Shown here piece after piece: positions 1 to 8,661 of a DNA stretch of 64,000 nt. This DNA comes from a virus. The stretch is from UHGV virus genome UHGV-1370141; one strand, 5' to 3'. Below the pieces are notes generated by a model. The model had not been told where the DNA came from, did not search any database, and saw only the letters and a program-made list of their open reading frames with translations. How positions within the stretch are numbered: position 1 is the stretch's first letter; every line of letters begins with the position of its first letter. The position numbers and the translations under genes were made by a program.

Positions 1-2
1 AA

Positions 3-419
3 CGTATTGGTGATAAACGCTGGTATGAGGATATAATTGCGTTACATAATCACATCTACCATTACGGTTTTCGCGAGATGTCGCTAGTTTTGGACAAAAA
101 CATGCCAAAACCGTTATCTCCCGATCACGTTATGAACTTTATTTACGGGTATTTTAGAATTCAGGAAAATATAGAAAGACTGAACTCGTCCAATCGAAGC
201 GAGTGCGCGTTTACGCTAAACGCGTTATTTGATGAACCCTGTAATACATGTAGTCGTTGTTTTCGTATCGAGTCTGACGGTGCCCAGAACCAAGTAAAAA
301 ATGTTGAAATCGTAACGCAGCATGGCTGTAGTGACTTGGCCAGAAAGGTTGGCTTAGAAGCTTACGATTATATACGACGAGTGGTAGGGGCTAAGAATAG
401 GATTCCAGCAAAATTGTGA
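3..419 (+). CDS. radical SAM enzyme paralog, C-terminal part (5' end lies before window start)
   Basis: Open frame from window start; translation RIGDKRWYEDIIALHNHIYHYGF...MPKPLSPDHVMNFIYGYFRIQENIERLN parallels C-terminus of the 2011..2949 radical SAM protein; Cys cluster CNTCSRC...C near end. Confidence 0.6.
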   Translation, partial: RIGDKRWYEDIIALHNHIYHYGFREMSLVLDKNMPKPLSPDHVMNFIYGYFRIQENIERLNSSNRSECAFTLNALFDEPCNTCSRCFRIESDGAQNQVKNVEIVTQHGCSDLARKVGLEAYDYIRRVVGAKNRIPAKL

Positions 420-480
420 TATTTTTACAGAGAATGAATTATAATGTGCCTTAGCTGGCACTGAACCAGTAGGTGTTAAA

Positions 481-879
481 ATGGCGATTGGTTTATCTTC
501 TTTAAAAGCGCGTTTGGATAATATAGATTCTTCCGCGCTAAAAAACACTGGAGCAGTACAGAACTATATTCGTGGAAAGGCTACGAATAATGTCGATCTA
601 TTTGGCGGCCAACCTAAAAACCATTACGACTGTGGCGGTAGCTGTAGCTGGACGTGCTCTAGTTGTTCTGGTGGTTGTACCGGTAATGCTTCAGGAGGTT
701 GTGGTTCCTCATGTTCAGCAAACTGTGTTTCTGGTTGTAGTTCTGGATGTTCAGGTTGCTCTAGTTCATGTTCTGGAGGCTGCACGGGGACATGTATAGG
801 CCAATGTACGACTACATGTACAGGTACATGTAGTCGTACCTGTCATGGTGGCTGTTCACAATCGTGTACGGGAAGATAA
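481..879 (+). CDS. Cys/Ser/Gly-rich small protein, putative RiPP precursor peptide A (132 aa)
   Basis: About 50-aa leader-like N-terminus then core with ~25 Cys in repeated C-S-x-x-C units; shares leader and HY(D/N)C(G/N)GGCSW(T/S)CS motif with the next ORF; sits beside radical SAM/SPASM genes. Confidence 0.55.
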   Translation: MAIGLSSLKARLDNIDSSALKNTGAVQNYIRGKATNNVDLFGGQPKNHYDCGGSCSWTCSSCSGGCTGNASGGCGSSCSANCVSGCSSGCSGCSSSCSGGCTGTCIGQCTTTCTGTCSRTCHGGCSQSCTGR

Positions 880-882
880 GAA

Positions 883-1092
883 ATGATAAGTCTTAAAAAC
901 ATACGCGACAGATTAGTAACGGCAGAAGGGTACATTACCACAGCAGGAGCAAACAACTATATTGCAAACCAAGGTACAGTGTCATCTACTAATAACCTTT
1001 CTGGTTTACCGTTGAGTCACTATAACTGTAACGGTGGGTGTAGCTGGTCCTGTAGCGGTAGTTGTAGCCGTGGTGCTGGCGGTAGTAAGTAG
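883..1092 (+). CDS. Cys-rich small protein, putative RiPP precursor peptide B (69 aa)
   Basis: Paralog of 481..879 (LSHYNCNGGCSWSCSGSCSRG); starts 4 nt after the previous stop. Confidence 0.5.
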   Translation: MISLKNIRDRLVTAEGYITTAGANNYIANQGTVSSTNNLSGLPLSHYNCNGGCSWSCSGSCSRGAGGSK

Positions 1093-1115
1093 TAGAAACG
1101 TGTCAGAGGTATTCA

Positions 1116-2003
1116 ATGAAAAACGATTTACATTTAGCATATAACACTACATTTAACCATCCTTTGCAAATCTCTTCTCCAGATTCTGTACGTTATCATT
1201 TAAGTGATGACGTTCGTTTAATTACCATGCTACCTGGCGAATGGCCGAAATTACGGGGCCGTGATATCGTCAACCGTGATAATATCTCCGTAGAAAATAC
1301 TTTTACAATTCGTGATCTGCCGGTCGAACGTGTGATTGTTTTTACAGGAGATGATGAACTTTATGGAATGATTGTTGATGGTAAATACTTCTTCAGTGAC
1401 GGGGTTTTAAATGCTGGTAGCGATTTAGAACTTTTTTTTACACCGTTTGCTGAGCTTGACGCTAAGCCTATGGTTCGCAGATGGTGGAGTCCAGATTACA
1501 TGGGGGCTTTTCCGTATTACTATACTCTTGTTGGTAAGGATGTTGAAGAGTATTCCGATAGTGAACCATACACCAACATTGAAGGTTATCAGGACCTCGG
1601 AATTGCACATTTAGCTGATTTAATGGCTTATAGCTATAAGTTCGAATGGATTCGTGAACGTTCTGTTTGGAAAGCCATTACTGACGACCATGTTATTACG
1701 AAACGTATTCGTAAACCATGGATGCAACATCTTGTTCAAATACGATTTGGCCAAAGTCCAGTAACCGAGGCTGATATTTCTAAACTTGTTAGTTTTTTAT
1801 TGTCTAAGGTTGAATTGACTGATGAAGAAGCCGAAGCTGTTAAGCCGATGCTTGATCGTATTGTGACCTTAGAAGACCTCAAAAGAATGAATAGTCGTTA
1901 TAACGATCTTAATCGGTTGCTAGAGGCGTATAATTCGACAAAGGTTTTAAAACCTGGAGTCAATTTCGACGAAGATCCGTTGTTCGCTATCGACTATAAT
2001 TAA
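1116..2003 (+). CDS. hypothetical protein (295 aa) within the radical SAM cluster
   Basis: Long ORF between precursor-like genes and radical SAM genes, same strand, tight spacing. Confidence 0.55.
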   Translation: MKNDLHLAYNTTFNHPLQISSPDSVRYHLSDDVRLITMLPGEWPKLRGRDIVNRDNISVENTFTIRDLPVERVIVFTGDDELYGMIVDGKYFFSDGVLNAGSDLELFFTPFAELDAKPMVRRWWSPDYMGAFPYYYTLVGKDVEEYSDSEPYTNIEGYQDLGIAHLADLMAYSYKFEWIRERSVWKAITDDHVITKRIRKPWMQHLVQIRFGQSPVTEADISKLVSFLLSKVELTDEEAEAVKPMLDRIVTLEDLKRMNSRYNDLNRLLEAYNSTKVLKPGVNFDEDPLFAIDYN

Positions 2004-2010
2004 ATAATTA

Positions 2011-2949
2011 ATGGAGTCACCTGCAATGGCGACCAATGCGGAACCAAAATTATCAGATCAGTTATTTGACAATCCAACAATATTAGCCGTTATTACTACA
2101 TCCAAATGTAATCTGGACTGTAGTTTCTGCGGCGGAGCCTATTACATGAATCGTGAAGATTCTTCTCGAGAGTTTCAACGTGACCGAATTATGGAGGCGT
2201 TAGAAGCTAACCCAACAATCACCGAGATTCAATGGACGGGTGGTGAGCCTTTGTTAGCCACTCGTAAAATTGAGGCGTTTGTTGACGAGTTAAAAGTAAT
2301 TCGTCCAGAGCTCAAACATCAGTTATATACCAACGGTTTAAAGATGCGTAAAACGCATCTCCCGTTGTTAAAACAATTTGATAATGTGTATGTTAGCATC
2401 GACGGGTTTGAGTTGTCTGAACGCCCTTTTAAGCGTTTTATTAACGATGGTTGCTACGAAGCTTTAGAAGTAATGCATGAGCTTGAAAATGTTCATACAT
2501 GGGCCGTTTTAACTCGAGAACAGTTGGGTAACAAACGGTGGCATGAAGACATTATTGAGCTTCATAATGCGATCTATCACTACGGTTATCGTACCATGAC
2601 GTTGCTGTTAGACGCGAATATGCCAAAACCGTTATCTCCCGATCACGTTATGAACTTTATTTACGGGTATTTTAGAATTCAGGAAAATATAGAAAGACTG
2701 AATGTTTCCAACTCGAAAAGGTGTGACTATGTCGTAAGCAAAGTTTTTGATGGTGGGTGTAACGTATGCAGCAATAGTTTATGGTTAAGAGCAGATGGAA
2801 CCGAATATCAGTTGCAAAATGCCCCGAGATTATTAGAATCGGGATGTAACCAATTAGCTTGTTCCATCGGGTTAGAAGCCTACGAGTATATTCGACGAGT
2901 GGTTATGGCCAACCGTAATAGTGGAGTATTAAATGAACCAAGAAAATAA
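2011..2949 (+). CDS. radical SAM enzyme (312 aa) with C-terminal auxiliary Cys cluster
   Basis: CxxxCxxC motif (TTSKCNLDCSFCGG) near N-terminus; C-terminal cysteines CDYVVSKVFDGGCNVCS...GCNQLAC. Confidence 0.8.
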   Translation: MESPAMATNAEPKLSDQLFDNPTILAVITTSKCNLDCSFCGGAYYMNREDSSREFQRDRIMEALEANPTITEIQWTGGEPLLATRKIEAFVDELKVIRPELKHQLYTNGLKMRKTHLPLLKQFDNVYVSIDGFELSERPFKRFINDGCYEALEVMHELENVHTWAVLTREQLGNKRWHEDIIELHNAIYHYGYRTMTLLLDANMPKPLSPDHVMNFIYGYFRIQENIERLNVSNSKRCDYVVSKVFDGGCNVCSNSLWLRADGTEYQLQNAPRLLESGCNQLACSIGLEAYEYIRRVVMANRNSGVLNEPRK

Positions 2950-4255
2950 TTACCCGAAACAGTTGACTTACCAGATTGTTACAAACTTGTCGTGTAATTT
3001 GGACTGTGAGTATTGTTACGAGCGTAAATATCCCCGCAATAACAAAGCAGCAGATATTGTAGATTTTCTTCATGCCTGTTTCGAGCGTGATAAAGATTTA
3101 CCAAACGTAGAAGTCGTCATTGACATTATCGGCGGCGAGCCGTTTATGCAGCCTAAGCTTCTAATGGCCGCTTTCGAAACAGCCGAGCAGTTGTGTGAAG
3201 AACATAAACGCCCGTTTATGTTTAGTATCTCTACTAATGGGACATTATTAGATAGGCCGTTGAACAGGGAAATTATTGAACGTTGGAAGGACAGACTTTC
3301 TATCGGGGTGTCTATTGATGGGTTACCTGAGTCGCACGATAAGTACCGTATTTTTACAACGAGTCGCGAAGGTTCTTACGAGGCCGCTGTACGTGGTTAC
3401 AATTATCTAAAAGAAGTAGGTATCGCGGAGCTTGGGGTTAAAGCGACATTTACTTTGGAAACGCTCCCACATTATGCGGCGGGTATGAAATCCCTAATCG
3501 ATTTGGCTGGAGGTGGAACCATTTCTGGTAACGTAACCTTCGAAGACATTATGCCACGGAGTATGGCTACGTCGATAGCGCTACAAATGATGGATGTAGT
3601 CGATTATTGGGTTGAAAAGGGTTTACACACCAACCCACGTAATACCCTATCACATATCATCCCGGAAGGGTTAGATTTCGACACTATCTGGGAACCGAAC
3701 TGGCGGGATCAGCTACTTTACAACGATACTGTACGTTTAAACCCGGAACGCTTGCGTCCGTTCTGCGGGACATTAACTCACATGACTTGTTTAGGGTTTG
3801 ACAGGAAGATTTTCGGTTGTAACCGTTTCATGTCGACTGTAACGTCACGTTCTGCGGTATTTGAGTTAGTCGGTCGTGAGTTTGTTAGCTTAGACGGTGG
3901 GAAACTGCTGGAAGAGATTCAGACGCAATACACCAACTATCCTGAGACGTGCTTAGGTTGTCCGATGAAACACGCTTGTGGTAGCTGTGCAGCAGCTTCC
4001 TACGAGAATGGGGAAGGGACGTTAGAAGACCGTAAAGCGTATCACGCTGAACGTCGTCAATGTGGTTGGACAACTGCAAAATTAATGGTCGCGGAATACT
4101 GGAAACAGAAGATGGGTACAACATCTGTGAAGGATTTCCACGATAATAGCATGTGTTACTGCCCTCGCTGTGTACGTGAACGTGCCCAAAAAGAAAAACA
4201 ATTGAGAGAAGCCAAAGATGAAGCCAATTCTGATCCACAATATTACGAAGCGTAA
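2933..4255 (+). CDS. radical SAM / SPASM-domain enzyme (440 aa), anSME-like maturase
   Basis: CNLDCEYC radical SAM motif; GGEP motif; C-terminal CLGCPMKHACGSC SPASM-type cluster; overlaps previous gene by 17 nt. Confidence 0.85.
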   Translation: MNQENNYPKQLTYQIVTNLSCNLDCEYCYERKYPRNNKAADIVDFLHACFERDKDLPNVEVVIDIIGGEPFMQPKLLMAAFETAEQLCEEHKRPFMFSISTNGTLLDRPLNREIIERWKDRLSIGVSIDGLPESHDKYRIFTTSREGSYEAAVRGYNYLKEVGIAELGVKATFTLETLPHYAAGMKSLIDLAGGGTISGNVTFEDIMPRSMATSIALQMMDVVDYWVEKGLHTNPRNTLSHIIPEGLDFDTIWEPNWRDQLLYNDTVRLNPERLRPFCGTLTHMTCLGFDRKIFGCNRFMSTVTSRSAVFELVGREFVSLDGGKLLEEIQTQYTNYPETCLGCPMKHACGSCAAASYENGEGTLEDRKAYHAERRQCGWTTAKLMVAEYWKQKMGTTSVKDFHDNSMCYCPRCVRERAQKEKQLREAKDEANSDPQYYEA

Positions 4256-4790
4256 ATTCCGTTTTCTGGAAAAGTTTTTAGAAACTACGAAACTGTTTGG
4301 CTGTTATGTGCAGATTAACGGCGAAGATTTCAATGACGATGTTAAGCGTTTATTAATTCGTCACGGAATCACCGTTGTTATCCCGATGTATTGTACAGAA
4401 CTTACCGAACTTTCTGTGGCCGAAATCGAGAAACAAAATCCAGGCTTTGAACAGCGCGTGCTGGAATTTCCTAAACATAAAATCGTTCTTTTACGCCGCG
4501 CTTTGCAAGAGCCGAGCGTTGAATCTGTTGCTGCTCTAGGTTTATCGTTTCCTGGTGTGACAATTTATGTCACACGAAACCCAGAGTCCACCATCGATGG
4601 TTTTTACGATGAAAGGGAAACTTTTCATAGTTTAGTTTATCCCGAGCTTACAGAAGACGAACGTCAAGGACTACATATTGACTGGGACTCAAATTTTGAT
4701 AGTAAGTTTCGTAAAATCGATTTTGATCTTCTGATCGAGCTGGGTTTAATTAAAGGAGAAGACGAATGCCTGCTCTTGACAAAAGCTTAA
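4218..4790 (+). CDS. hypothetical protein (190 aa)
   Basis: ORF overlapping upstream gene end, consistent with operon; start codon uncertain. Confidence 0.5.
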   Translation: MKPILIHNITKRKFRFLEKFLETTKLFGCYVQINGEDFNDDVKRLLIRHGITVVIPMYCTELTELSVAEIEKQNPGFEQRVLEFPKHKIVLLRRALQEPSVESVAALGLSFPGVTIYVTRNPESTIDGFYDERETFHSLVYPELTEDERQGLHIDWDSNFDSKFRKIDFDLLIELGLIKGEDECLLLTKA

Positions 4791-5440
4791 TAAACGAAGA
4801 TATTCGCGCCAGATTTTTTAGCCGACTTTCCCCAATTGATCGCCACGGAAACTTTTTGGGTCATATAGGTACTGAAGATCGCGGCAGAACGGGTTTTTGT
4901 ACAATGCTTCATTACAAACTACTCGATGGCATGTCCGATGAAGACGCGTTAGATCAAATGCGTAGTTACAATATGTCAGATATTGAAGCAAATTTCACCC
5001 TGAAAAAAGCAAAAGAGTTCATTTCAGATGTATTGGAGATAGATCTGGATGAAATTCGAAGTAACGTTCGTTCAACAGCACGATATATTTATTTAGATGT
5101 TCAAAAGATCATGAAGGCGTTGGAGTCGCGTTACGAAGCAGAACGTTACGAACCAATTCAGCTGAATGATCGTCATTTTCAGGCTGATGCAATCTCCCGA
5201 CAAATGTTAGGGCAATATATCCAATCTGAAACTGCGCCAGAATATTGGTTGGATACCGCCAATACGCGTTTAGAACCCTTTACATTAGAAGAATGTAAGG
5301 AACTATTGTCCGAGATCGTAAAACGTGATCAGAAACTGCATGGACAAATGACCGCGCAGAAAAAAGAGCTTCGCCTCTTAGCTGAACAGCGTGACTACGA
5401 CACTATCCGTGCACTTGCACTGGAAATGGGATTAGAATAA
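4766..5440 (+). CDS. hypothetical protein (224 aa)
   Basis: ORF overlapping previous gene, followed by strong terminator. Confidence 0.55.
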   Translation: MPALDKSLINEDIRARFFSRLSPIDRHGNFLGHIGTEDRGRTGFCTMLHYKLLDGMSDEDALDQMRSYNMSDIEANFTLKKAKEFISDVLEIDLDEIRSNVRSTARYIYLDVQKIMKALESRYEAERYEPIQLNDRHFQADAISRQMLGQYIQSETAPEYWLDTANTRLEPFTLEECKELLSEIVKRDQKLHGQMTAQKKELRLLAEQRDYDTIRALALEMGLE

Positions 5441-5444
5441 AAAA

Positions 5445-5487
5445 TACCTACCTCCGTAAAGGAGGTAGGTAAACTTATTATTTTTTT
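5445..5487. terminator. bidirectional rho-independent terminator between convergent gene blocks
   Basis: Perfect 11-bp inverted repeat tacctacctcc / ggaggtaggta with 5-nt loop, T-run downstream and A-run upstream. Confidence 0.75.
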
Positions 5488-5509
5488 GTTATAGTAGTTG
5501 ACTTAGCGG

Positions 5510-6040
5510 TTAAGCAGTAAAACCGTCCAATTCACCGTTGGTGGTGGCCAGGTCAATACGATTATCGACAACCTTCGGTGTAATTACGAAAGTTGCCATT
5601 ACACCCGGTTTATAACGGAGGTTCTGTTCAGTAACGGTGCACGTCACGGTACGCAGAGTGACGTTTTCATGTTCGTCTTTCTGGTCTTCGGTGCTGTACA
5701 CAACGTCACCTGGCGCGATAGCGTCGTCAGGTTTTACTTTGTTGATGTAATATTGTAACCAAGCGCGGAGTTCGTTTTCTTGAACCCAGCGAGACAGATC
5801 ATCAGTTAGTTCAATCCGTCCTACAACACCTGGCTCCAGACGATCGTAATGCAGTTCGATTGCACCTTTGAAATTCTCAGAACCTGGTAGTGCAGTCATG
5901 GTAACTTTGGTATTCTTACTTTCGCCTTCCAGCGCAGTAGGGAGACCAAAGGACACTTCTTTATCAGTAATCTGATGTGGTAGCTCAGTGTTAGCAGCAT
6001 TATAAAGCGCGACCAACATCATCTGGTTAGTAGCGGCCAT
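5510..6040 (-). CDS. hypothetical protein (176 aa), paralog of 6112..6684
   Basis: ORF; C-terminus ...GELDGFTA shared with neighbour. Confidence 0.6.
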   Translation of the reverse strand: MAATNQMMLVALYNAANTELPHQITDKEVSFGLPTALEGESKNTKVTMTALPGSENFKGAIELHYDRLEPGVVGRIELTDDLSRWVQENELRAWLQYYINKVKPDDAIAPGDVVYSTEDQKDEHENVTLRTVTCTVTEQNLRYKPGVMATFVITPKVVDNRIDLATTNGELDGFTA

Positions 6041-6111
6041 TATCTTAGGTCCTTAATAGAACAAGTTAGAGAAATATCGGGGGAGGTCACCCCCCCCCCG
6101 ATTTAACTTAC

Positions 6112-6684
6112 TTAGCCACCGACACCCGGCGCAGTGAAGCCATCAAGTTCACCTTCCAGACCGCCCAGTGCTACCTTCTCAGGAGCTGGGTTGGAATAAG
6201 TGAAAGTAGCAATAGTACCCGCCAGGAATTTAATGTGGCCATCGTTTACTTTGACAGTGTAAACTTTAGCACCGCTGTCGCCTTCGGATTTAACGATAGT
6301 GAGTTCGCTCTCTGCAAACGCGTCATCGACATAACCTTTAGTAACCATTTCTTTGTTCAGTTTGGTTACAATGGCAGAGTTTTCCAGATCGAGACTACCA
6401 GCTTGTTCGTAAGCTTTAGCACCGATCAGGTCTTGGGATGCCAGACGGATATAATGGAATTCTTTCTCGCCTTTGAAGTTCTGGCTTTCTGCCTTGGCGG
6501 TCAGTGTAATTTTGGTGTTACGACCAGCGTCTCCGCTGTGCGCTTCGACAGCACCAAAATCGACATCACCAACCGTCAGATTAGAAGCGGTTGCAGAGTT
6601 TTTAGCAATTACAGCTTCGATGAGCTGTTGTTTGAAGGCTTTAGCCATCTTTTTTACCTCGTAAGTGGTAGGGGTGGATTGCAT
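6112..6684 (-). CDS. hypothetical protein (190 aa), paralog of 5510..6040
   Basis: ORF; similar length and C-terminal GELDGFTA motif. Confidence 0.6.
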   Translation of the reverse strand: MQSTPTTYEVKKMAKAFKQQLIEAVIAKNSATASNLTVGDVDFGAVEAHSGDAGRNTKITLTAKAESQNFKGEKEFHYIRLASQDLIGAKAYEQAGSLDLENSAIVTKLNKEMVTKGYVDDAFAESELTIVKSEGDSGAKVYTVKVNDGHIKFLAGTIATFTYSNPAPEKVALGGLEGELDGFTAPGVGG

Positions 6685-6786
6685 AAGAAAGTTATTTTAG
6701 ACATTTCCTAAAATATAGATATGACGGTTGGCAGTAGGCGCTAACCTGAAAAAATAATTTTTCTTAATTTTAATAAGGGTGAGTTT

Positions 6787-7266
6787 ATGCTAAAACGCAT
6801 TCTCGTGGTCGTTGCTTTTGTAATGACGTTGGCAGGTTGTGCTATTCAGCCGAACGCAGAAGGTCAGTTCTCCACCGTACCTGTTGACCAACATGATATG
6901 GTCATTTACACCTGTACAGGTGCTTCTCAAGAATTCGTCGATTTTAAACCGGTACCGTCTAGCCTAAAACTGATGCCCCTTTCGGTGTTAGTCATGGATA
7001 CAGGGGCGAATTGGGTCGCTACATGGGACGAAGGTAAAATCGAATCTCCGCAACTTTATAAAGACCTGTTAGGTAAGGTGGACGGTAACTTAAACGTTGT
7101 TACCGGTGAGCGCTATTACCGTGTAAACGGGTTACTGTCAAAAACTCCAACGTTTGCGTATTCTACCATCAACTACAAAACAGGTGAAGGTAAAGGTGTA
7201 ACGTTCTTCAGATGTCACGAAGGTAGCATTCCGGATACCGGCACTATGCTGCACCCGGTAGAATAA
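6787..7266 (+). CDS. putative lipoprotein (159 aa)
   Basis: N-terminal signal peptide ending in lipobox LAGC; lone plus-strand gene in minus-strand block; own terminator. Confidence 0.6.
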   Translation: MLKRILVVVAFVMTLAGCAIQPNAEGQFSTVPVDQHDMVIYTCTGASQEFVDFKPVPSSLKLMPLSVLVMDTGANWVATWDEGKIESPQLYKDLLGKVDGNLNVVTGERYYRVNGLLSKTPTFAYSTINYKTGEGKGVTFFRCHEGSIPDTGTMLHPVE

Positions 7267-7270
7267 TAAA

Positions 7271-7306
7271 TACCCTCCTGCTTAGCAGGAGGGTAGGTTT
7301 ATTTTG
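7271..7306 (+). terminator. rho-independent terminator
   Basis: Inverted repeat accctcctgc / gcaggagggt followed by tttatttt. Confidence 0.7.
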
Positions 7307-7386
7307 TCCGTAGAACGCGCTAGAACGCGTTCTAAGACGGTTTATACAAAATAAGGTACAATCATCCTAAGTTTCGGTTTACGCGC

Positions 7387-7902
7387 TTAGATTTTAACTA
7401 AGGCGCTCCAATCGATAGGGCTTTGTTTCACGACTTTCGCAGTACCGCGATTCGGTGACCAGAACGTGATATTCGGTTGGTTACGAACGTCGATATGCAA
7501 CCAACTGATGTCGCATTCGATAAAGTGAATAAACGGAAACTCATCAGGATTAGCGGCAATATAATCGTGGACTTGTTTTACCGTTGAATCTAACAGTGTC
7601 GCGTCGAACGCATTACCGAACTTGTGCTGACTCCCTGAATCGGAATAGAGTTGTAACGCACGTTGTTTATAGTTACCGCCCTTAGGCTTTTCTTGATTGA
7701 TGAAAAAGTCTAAGGTTCTTAGGCCACGCTGTTGCGCAGCAGACGAGTTAATCACCATTCTGCCGAAACGGTTACGAATCTGTTGCAGCGAAATCATTAA
7801 CAACGGGTTCATAAACCGAATTGCAGAATCACCGTATTTGGCGATGTACGATTGCGGTACTAACTCTTTGAGTTTAAAGTTACTCGGATTTGGATGAAAC
7901 AT
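7387..7902 (-). CDS. peptidase M15-like cell wall hydrolase (171 aa)
   Basis: SQHKFGNAFD (SxHxxGxAxD) zinc-binding motif and later WLHID histidine, typical of M15/VanY-type peptidases. Confidence 0.5.
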   Translation of the reverse strand: MFHPNPSNFKLKELVPQSYIAKYGDSAIRFMNPLLMISLQQIRNRFGRMVINSSAAQQRGLRTLDFFINQEKPKGGNYKQRALQLYSDSGSQHKFGNAFDATLLDSTVKQVHDYIAANPDEFPFIHFIECDISWLHIDVRNQPNITFWSPNRGTAKVVKQSPIDWSALVKI

Positions 7903-8554
7903 CTTCCCTCCCAGACAGAAAAGCCCGTTTGATGTTCAGGTATTTGACATTAACGGGACAACCTGTGGTGATATCAACACGTTCGTGGTCAGGAATAGCA
8001 GGCTCCTTAAACTCACGAACGAACAAATAGTTTCGATTGTAATCTAACGTACGGTAATCGTTAGTGGTATAAGACGGCTTCGCGTTAGGGTCTACGTAAG
8101 CATCCCAACCGAACCCCGCCACGGCTTTATAAAACGTTTGGCAGATATACGGTGAGATTTCCAACGACTGCATAATACGCAGGAATGTTAAGTCAGAGAA
8201 CTCTTTATCGATAATACGCGAAACGTTACCACCCGGTGTCATGGGATAGCTACGCTCCGTGTTACATTTTTGATAGAGTAAGTCGTGAATGCAGGCCGCA
8301 GGTGCCCACGGTCCGTCAGGATGGAAAATTCCCTGGAGGTGTTCAGGAATTGACGCTAAATCGGTAACGAACCCTTTCGGTGCTGTTAACCACAGTTGCG
8401 TGTCAGGCAATACACCCGTTAAATAAACCGCACGGTCTAAGTGTACGTGGTCGTGATAAATCTCACGTAACGTAAACGGATAATGGTAATCCTCCGTTAA
8501 TACAAACCACTTATTGTCTAAACGTTTATATTGAAGCTTCTCCATTACCCACAC
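7880..8554 (-). CDS. hypothetical protein (224 aa)
   Basis: ORF. Confidence 0.5.
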   Translation of the reverse strand: MWVMEKLQYKRLDNKWFVLTEDYHYPFTLREIYHDHVHLDRAVYLTGVLPDTQLWLTAPKGFVTDLASIPEHLQGIFHPDGPWAPAACIHDLLYQKCNTERSYPMTPGGNVSRIIDKEFSDLTFLRIMQSLEISPYICQTFYKAVAGFGWDAYVDPNAKPSYTTNDYRTLDYNRNYLFVREFKEPAIPDHERVDITTGCPVNVKYLNIKRAFLSGREDVSSKSE

Positions 8555-8661
8555 CTTTCCTTACAAAAACCAGAAGAACTCTTGCCCACGCTTTTCGTCT
8601 TTACGTTTTCGACCAGACGTTAACGCTTTCCACAATAACGCTAAGAGTTTAGCAAACCAGT

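Noticed and set aside
572-799. 75-aa ORF in alternative frame inside precursor gene A
   Set aside because: Lies in the repetitive Cys-codon region; the 481..879 frame has the leader, the paralog and the conserved junction motif
3885-4238. 117-aa minus-strand ORF and similar short reverse ORFs (354..548, 1425..1610, 9201..9401, 19420..19617, 19822..20013, 22962..23210, 25568..25756, 47551..47733, 51538..51879, 52663..52992, 58189..58371, 62702..62986)
   Set aside because: All lie wholly within longer, better-supported genes on the opposite strand
6235-6711. Plus-strand ORFs opposite the small structural paralogs (6235..6711, 6473..6664), and other plus-strand ORFs inside minus-strand genes (9170..9646, 11650..11868, 18384..18791, 21014..21791, 23261..24634, 25079..25378, 26295..27186, 27805..28378, 30414..30782, 33527..33835, 34089..34331, 44528..44794, 46310..47015, 47711..48755, 50706..51102, 55907..56956, 58250..58540, 59294..59530)
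   Set aside because: Shadow ORFs overlapping longer genes on the opposite strand; no RBS or motif support
7300-7390. Possible tRNA or small RNA in the 7300..7390 intergenic region (also 10660..10820)
   Set aside because: Only short palindromes (tagaacgcgctagaacgcgttcta; ccgctatag...ctatagcgg) were seen; no cloverleaf with conserved tRNA features could be recognised by eye, so no RNA gene is called
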